IMG/VR virus record: IMGVR_UViG_3300020042_006114
Span: 1-29,875 of that record
Source: a virus
Taxonomy: Duplodnaviria; Caudoviricetes
Length of the DNA stretch: 29,875 bases
Reading direction: 5' to 3' (one strand)
In this document: positions 25,777-29,875 of the stretch, one piece after another
Position numbering within the stretch: position 1 is the first letter of the stretch
How the letters are laid out: the number at the start of each line of letters is the position of its first letter
Translations under genes and position numbers: made by a program
The notes under the pieces: generated by a model
Database searches by the model: none
What the model saw: only the letters and a program-made list of their open reading frames with translations
Told to the model about the DNA's origin: nothing

Positions 25777-28746
25777 TTAATATATTACTGATTCTCTATT
25801 TGTCCAAGCTACGTTTGTAGCAGTTGCTGTGGTAATTGAACCACTTGCAGCTATTGTTAATCTTGTTATAGTCCATACTGCTGATGATTCTGCTGAACCT
25901 GTTACAGCATATCCATTATAATTTATATTATTATTAGTAGAATTATTTGCATTTCTCCTTATATTGAATAATAGATTAAATGTATGCGTGTCACCACTTG
26001 ATGATATATTAAAATTTGTAGCTCCTGTTCCAACATCAAAAAATTGCACTTGATCTGTTAATCCATTTAATGCTGTTAATCCTGTTGTAAATGTAGTTAA
26101 TACTTCACATAGATTTCCATTTTCTGTATGTAATGTTATATTTTTACCACTTGTAATTACATAAATACGAATTGCTAACCTATCAGTAATAAGTAATGAA
26201 GTTTGTGGAACAGGGATTGAAGTGTAGTATTGGTCAACACTTGTACCATTTGTAATACCTTCAGGATTAGCTGAATCACTTGCAATAAGTGTAAATACAT
26301 TTGTTGCACTTACTTTGTAAAGCTCAGCATAAAAACTAGGACTACCACCTGTTGAAGATGATTGAAAATAAAACTCTACATTCCAATTACCACCGGGTAT
26401 ATTTAATTGACTAGGATCTCCTACATCAGTTATAAACGATGCAATATATCCATTACCCTGTCCATTTGTTCTTATAAAATTTGTTCCTCCTCCAAGTATT
26501 GGCGTTTTACTCATTTGATAATAAGTAGTTCCGCCAAATGTACCTTGTGAAACTGAACCATTAAGATAATAATTAACTGATGAACCGCCACCTGTTGAAT
26601 TAGGGAAATTAGCCAATGTACCATCACCTCTAACATATTGAGATACTAAACCTGCTCCTGTTACAGCTATATCACCACTTGAAGTAATTGGACTATTTGC
26701 TACATTAAATGCAGATGGCATTGTCAATCCTACTGAAGTAACACCTAAATCAGTAGTTAAGGCTATTGTACCATCAGCATCAGGTAACTCCCACTTTCTG
26801 TCAGCTGTAATATTGTTAAAAGATAAACGACCTAAGTATTTAGTTAATCCACTTATCCATTTTGAAAATACGTTTTGATTTTCAGCATCAGCCGATGCTC
26901 GATACCCAAATAAATTAACGTTTTTAAAACTATTACTATCTCCTGCTCCTTGTCCTAAAGCATTAACGTGGTCTGCTGTATTTCCTCCTGCTGCTGAATT
27001 CCCTATTGCATTAACATTATCTCCTGAATTTTGAATTGCGGATGAAGCCCCAAAAGCATTTACATTATCTCCTGAATTTTCAACTGCAGTTTCATATCCT
27101 ATTGCATTTAAACCATCTCCTGAATTTTCAACTGCAGCTTCATATCCTAATGCGTTTACACCATCTCCTGAATTTTGAAACGCGGCTCTATATCCTAATG
27201 CGTTTACACTATTTCCTGAATTACTAGTTGCCACAACATCTCCAATAGCAATAAGATTTGTTGCTATATTACCATCTCCCGCATCAGTTCCTGCATAAAA
27301 ATTACCATCAACTAAATCGTGGTTATTATCTAATACCTCTTGAAGCGTTGGAATTGTTACATCACTAGTTAAGGCTATTATACCATCAGCATCGGGAAAA
27401 GTATATTCTCTATTTTGTGTTATTGAAGAAAATATAAGTTCACCAAAATAATTAGGAGAGTCCAATCTTGATGATCTAACACCAAATATACCATCATAAT
27501 AATTAAAATCAGAGTTTCCGTATGAAGGATTTGAAAAACTCCAAACATTATCATTACAACTTATATATCCGTAATCAGCATTTGCTTGGTCATATAAACC
27601 AATTCTATTTATTTTAGCATCTAAATAAGTTGCTTCATTTCCTTTAGTTAATACTTCTTCAAGATTTGGAGTGTCTACATCAGTAGTTAAGGCTATTGTG
27701 CCATCAGCATCAGGTAAATTATATTTTCTTGCATCTGTTAAGTCAGTTGTTGAAATACGAGCCATAATAATAGCATCTTTTGAAAATACTGTTTGTCCAT
27801 CTTCATTGGCAGTTGCATTTTCTCCAAATAGATTTACATTATTAAAAGTATTTCCATTACCTGCTCCTGAACCTAAAGCATTTACATTTGAACCTTCATT
27901 AAGTAAACCTGCATTAATACCTAAAGCATTTATATTACTTCCAATATTATCCGAGGAAGCAGAAGCTCCAAAAGCATTTACTGATTCTCCCTGATTATTT
28001 TTCGCAGCTTCAAATCCTAAAGCATTAACATTACCTCCTAAATTACTTAAAGCAGCTGAATTTCCTAAACCATTAACATTATTTCCTGCATTTGCAAAAG
28101 ATGCTTGAAAACCTAAACCATTAACATTATTTCCTATATTAATAAATGCAGCACTAGTACCTAAAGCATTTACCGAAATACCTTCATTGTTATTTGCAGC
28201 ACCAAAACCTAAAGCATTTACTTCAGTTCCTAAATTATTTAAACCTGCAATAGTTCCTGCAAAGAAATTGTCATCAACTAAATCGTGGTTATTATCTAAT
28301 ACTTCTTGAAGTGTTGGAGTGGTTATTTGAGAAGATATATAATCTATCAGGTCTGTTTGATTCTCTATGTCTCCTGTTATATTTCCCCAAACTGCCCCTA
28401 AAGCAATATCTATCCAACAAATACCGCCAACCCCCTTGCTTAAAACTTGAAGAGGAGTACCTATACTACCAAGCATATCCTCTATGTTTGTAGGCTTTAT
28501 TAGGTCAACATTTATAGTACCTGTTAGATTTATATTTTGAGTCGCAATGTTACCTGCATCAAGTACTGCTTGTAAAGTAGCGGCCGGAAAATTACCCGAG
28601 AATAACTGCAACAACTCCCCTAACGAAAAATTCTTTGTCGCAAGAGGAGTAGCTGATGGTGTTGGTCGAGGAGCTTCTGTCCCTATTAACCTATCGCTTA
28701 ATTGTAAAGGTGAGTCCGCTAAGGAATAAGTAGCTATCTTCGACAT
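25777..28746 (-). CDS. Tail fibre/spike protein with YadA-head-like beta-roll repeats
   Basis: 989 aa. Two arrays of 16-aa N-x-G-x-x-VNALG-x-x-A repeats, four (T/N)L(Q/E)xVL motifs and three (L/F)PDADG(T/I)IALT linkers. Confidence 0.75.
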   Translation of the reverse strand: MSKIATYSLADSPLQLSDRLIGTEAPRPTPSATPLATKNFSLGELLQLFSGNFPAATLQAVLDAGNIATQNINLTGTINVDLIKPTNIEDMLGSIGTPLQVLSKGVGGICWIDIALGAVWGNITGDIENQTDLIDYISSQITTPTLQEVLDNNHDLVDDNFFAGTIAGLNNLGTEVNALGFGAANNNEGISVNALGTSAAFINIGNNVNGLGFQASFANAGNNVNGLGNSAALSNLGGNVNALGFEAAKNNQGESVNAFGASASSDNIGSNINALGINAGLLNEGSNVNALGSGAGNGNTFNNVNLFGENATANEDGQTVFSKDAIIMARISTTDLTDARKYNLPDADGTIALTTDVDTPNLEEVLTKGNEATYLDAKINRIGLYDQANADYGYISCNDNVWSFSNPSYGNSDFNYYDGIFGVRSSRLDSPNYFGELIFSSITQNREYTFPDADGIIALTSDVTIPTLQEVLDNNHDLVDGNFYAGTDAGDGNIATNLIAIGDVVATSNSGNSVNALGYRAAFQNSGDGVNALGYEAAVENSGDGLNAIGYETAVENSGDNVNAFGASSAIQNSGDNVNAIGNSAAGGNTADHVNALGQGAGDSNSFKNVNLFGYRASADAENQNVFSKWISGLTKYLGRLSFNNITADRKWELPDADGTIALTTDLGVTSVGLTMPSAFNVANSPITSSGDIAVTGAGLVSQYVRGDGTLANFPNSTGGGSSVNYYLNGSVSQGTFGGTTYYQMSKTPILGGGTNFIRTNGQGNGYIASFITDVGDPSQLNIPGGNWNVEFYFQSSSTGGSPSFYAELYKVSATNVFTLIASDSANPEGITNGTSVDQYYTSIPVPQTSLLITDRLAIRIYVITSGKNITLHTENGNLCEVLTTFTTGLTALNGLTDQVQFFDVGTGATNFNISSSGDTHTFNLLFNIRRNANNSTNNNINYNGYAVTGSAESSAVWTITRLTIAASGSITTATATNVAWTNRESVIY
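26880..28260 (-). repeat. Two arrays of 48 bp (16 aa) coding tandem repeats (~26880-27270 and ~27805-28260)
   Basis: For example atctcctgaattttcaactgcag(t/c)ttcatatcct recurs at 48 bp spacing near 27068 and 27116. Confidence 0.8.
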
Positions 28747-28766
28747 TATGTTTTAATTATATATTT

Positions 28767-29294
28767 CTATTGAATACTTATTTCAGTATATACCAAATAA
28801 AACTCTAACGTACTATCTCCACCTGTAGGATTAGTACTTGGAGTAGATACAGTTAATGATTTACCTACATGAGTAATACCTGATGTTGATGCTATACTTG
28901 GAATAAGAGTTGTTATTCCTTCTGTATTAGTACTATTTCCTAAAGCTGTACTGACAGTAACAGTTCCATTTGTTTGGTCTGCATCCCAAGCTATTCTCCA
29001 AGATTGAGAAGCATAAGAATTAGTTACAAAAGTATAATTTTGATAAAGATACATTGGTATAAATAATTTACCGGGAGATGCTGCAACTAAAACTTTTGGA
29101 GTTGTAAATATATTTAAAATTTCTGCTGAAGTAAATGTTACTTTTACTGTTTTAACAACAGGAATACCGCCAAGAGCAAGTACATCTGCAATAACAAAAC
29201 TTTTTGTTGCATCAGAATTACTAACATCTGTTCCAATAACATAATCATCTAAAGCAGGAGGTATCGCATCAGGGTATGTACTAATCTTTGCCAT
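28767..29294 (-). CDS. Small virion structural protein (fibre-like N-terminal anchor)
   Basis: 175 aa. N-terminus MAKISTY..D.VIGTD...ATKSF is paralogous to that of the 989 aa fibre. Confidence 0.55.
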   Translation of the reverse strand: MAKISTYPDAIPPALDDYVIGTDVSNSDATKSFVIADVLALGGIPVVKTVKVTFTSAEILNIFTTPKVLVAASPGKLFIPMYLYQNYTFVTNSYASQSWRIAWDADQTNGTVTVSTALGNSTNTEGITTLIPSIASTSGITHVGKSLTVSTPSTNPTGGDSTLEFYLVYTEISIQ

Positions 29295-29375
29295 TTTATT
29301 TTAATTTAAAGTTAATAGATATAGAATCTCGTCTATAATATTTTGTAATTCTGATAAGTTTACCCGACATCATAA

Positions 29376-29612
29376 TTACTCTGTTTTTTGCGTTACTTCT
29401 CCTGTTTGAATATTGATAACAGCATTAGCTCCGTACTTCTCTATTAATAACTTTTCATGTGCAGAGAATTGAGCTTTAATCTCATCAACAACCCTAACTA
29501 ATGTTTGCTTTTGCAATTCAGCATCAGCGATTGCCATTTTTACTTTGTTAAACTCTACGTTTAATTCTTGAATTTTTTCTAATTCTTCCTGTGTTACTTG
29601 TGTGTTTGACAT
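29376..29612 (-). CDS. Hypothetical coiled-coil protein
   Basis: 78 aa heptad-like helix ending in EKYG...INIQTGEV, with its own -7 box and AAATCAA leader. Confidence 0.7.
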   Translation of the reverse strand: MSNTQVTQEELEKIQELNVEFNKVKMAIADAELQKQTLVRVVDEIKAQFSAHEKLLIEKYGANAVINIQTGEVTQKTE

Positions 29613-29639
29613 TTGATTTTTATTTGATTATTAATTGTA

Positions 29640-29647
29640 CAAATATA
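29640..29647 (-). promoter_or_regulatory. Bacteroidota-type -7 promoter box TATATTTG
   Basis: TAnnTTTG match in the gap upstream of the 78 aa gene. Confidence 0.6.
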
Positions 29648-29654
29648 CTAAAAA

Positions 29655-29873
29655 TTACATTTCATTTCTCTTTAGTACTCTATTGAGTTTTCTTTCTATT
29701 TTATCAGGGTTTGTAATAGTCCTTGTCCTACTATTTCCTGTATTTGTTTTTACAGAAATATGCATTGCACTACTTCCATCTTTTTCTCTAAATACATTGT
29801 ACTGCTTAAACTTTTGTTTACCATTCTCCTTGTCGGTTTGTTTTGTAAACTGAGCAGAACTTGACCCATCAGA
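29655..29873 (-). CDS. Basic hypothetical protein, C-terminal fragment (5'-truncated)
   Basis: Open frame SDGSSSAQFTKQTDKENGKQKFKQYNVF...RKLNRVLKRNEM ending in TAA at 29657..29655. Not in the ORF track because the start lies outside the window. Confidence 0.6.
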   Translation of the reverse strand, partial: SDGSSSAQFTKQTDKENGKQKFKQYNVFREKDGSSAMHISVKTNTGNSRTRTITNPDKIERKLNRVLKRNEM

Positions 29874-29875
29874 TG

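Noticed and set aside
26880-28260. Regularly spaced repeats as a CRISPR array or DGR template/variable repeats
   Set aside because: They are in-frame, degenerate 48 bp coding repeats without unique spacers. No adenine-specific mismatch pattern was evident and there is no reverse transcriptase in the window.
6435-29853. Remaining short plus-strand ORFs and nested minus-strand ORFs (17039..17422, 19562..19804)
   Set aside because: They overlap well-supported minus-strand genes, mostly start at non-ATG codons, and have compositions typical of antisense or off-frame translation.

Overview
A 29.9 kb, AT-rich fragment of a tailed phage genome with every credible gene on the minus strand. It is the virion morphogenesis module of a crAss-like (Crassvirales-related), podovirus-type phage, probably infecting a Bacteroidota (Flavobacteria-like) host. 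Read right to left: small genes, tail fibre/adhesin genes, a tandem GroES-like co-chaperonin, a 2OG-Fe(II) oxygenase, probable TerS, TerL, portal, scaffold, major capsid protein, a conserved post-capsid protein, two ring/adaptor proteins, a tail stabilisation (muzzle) protein that appears split around Cys-rich inserts, a GNAT protein, and three ejection/cargo proteins. The last cargo gene is missing from the ORF track and is truncated by a 114 bp fold-back at the window start. Host inference rests on TAnnTTTG (-7) promoter boxes and SD-less A-rich leaders. The genetic code appears standard. Best leads: a candidate -1 frameshift/slippage site (A10) in the large cargo gene, the split muzzle gene, an S74-type autocleaving chaperone on an ejection protein, and a double GroES next to an oxygenase. 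All family assignments come from motif recognition and gene order, not database searches.
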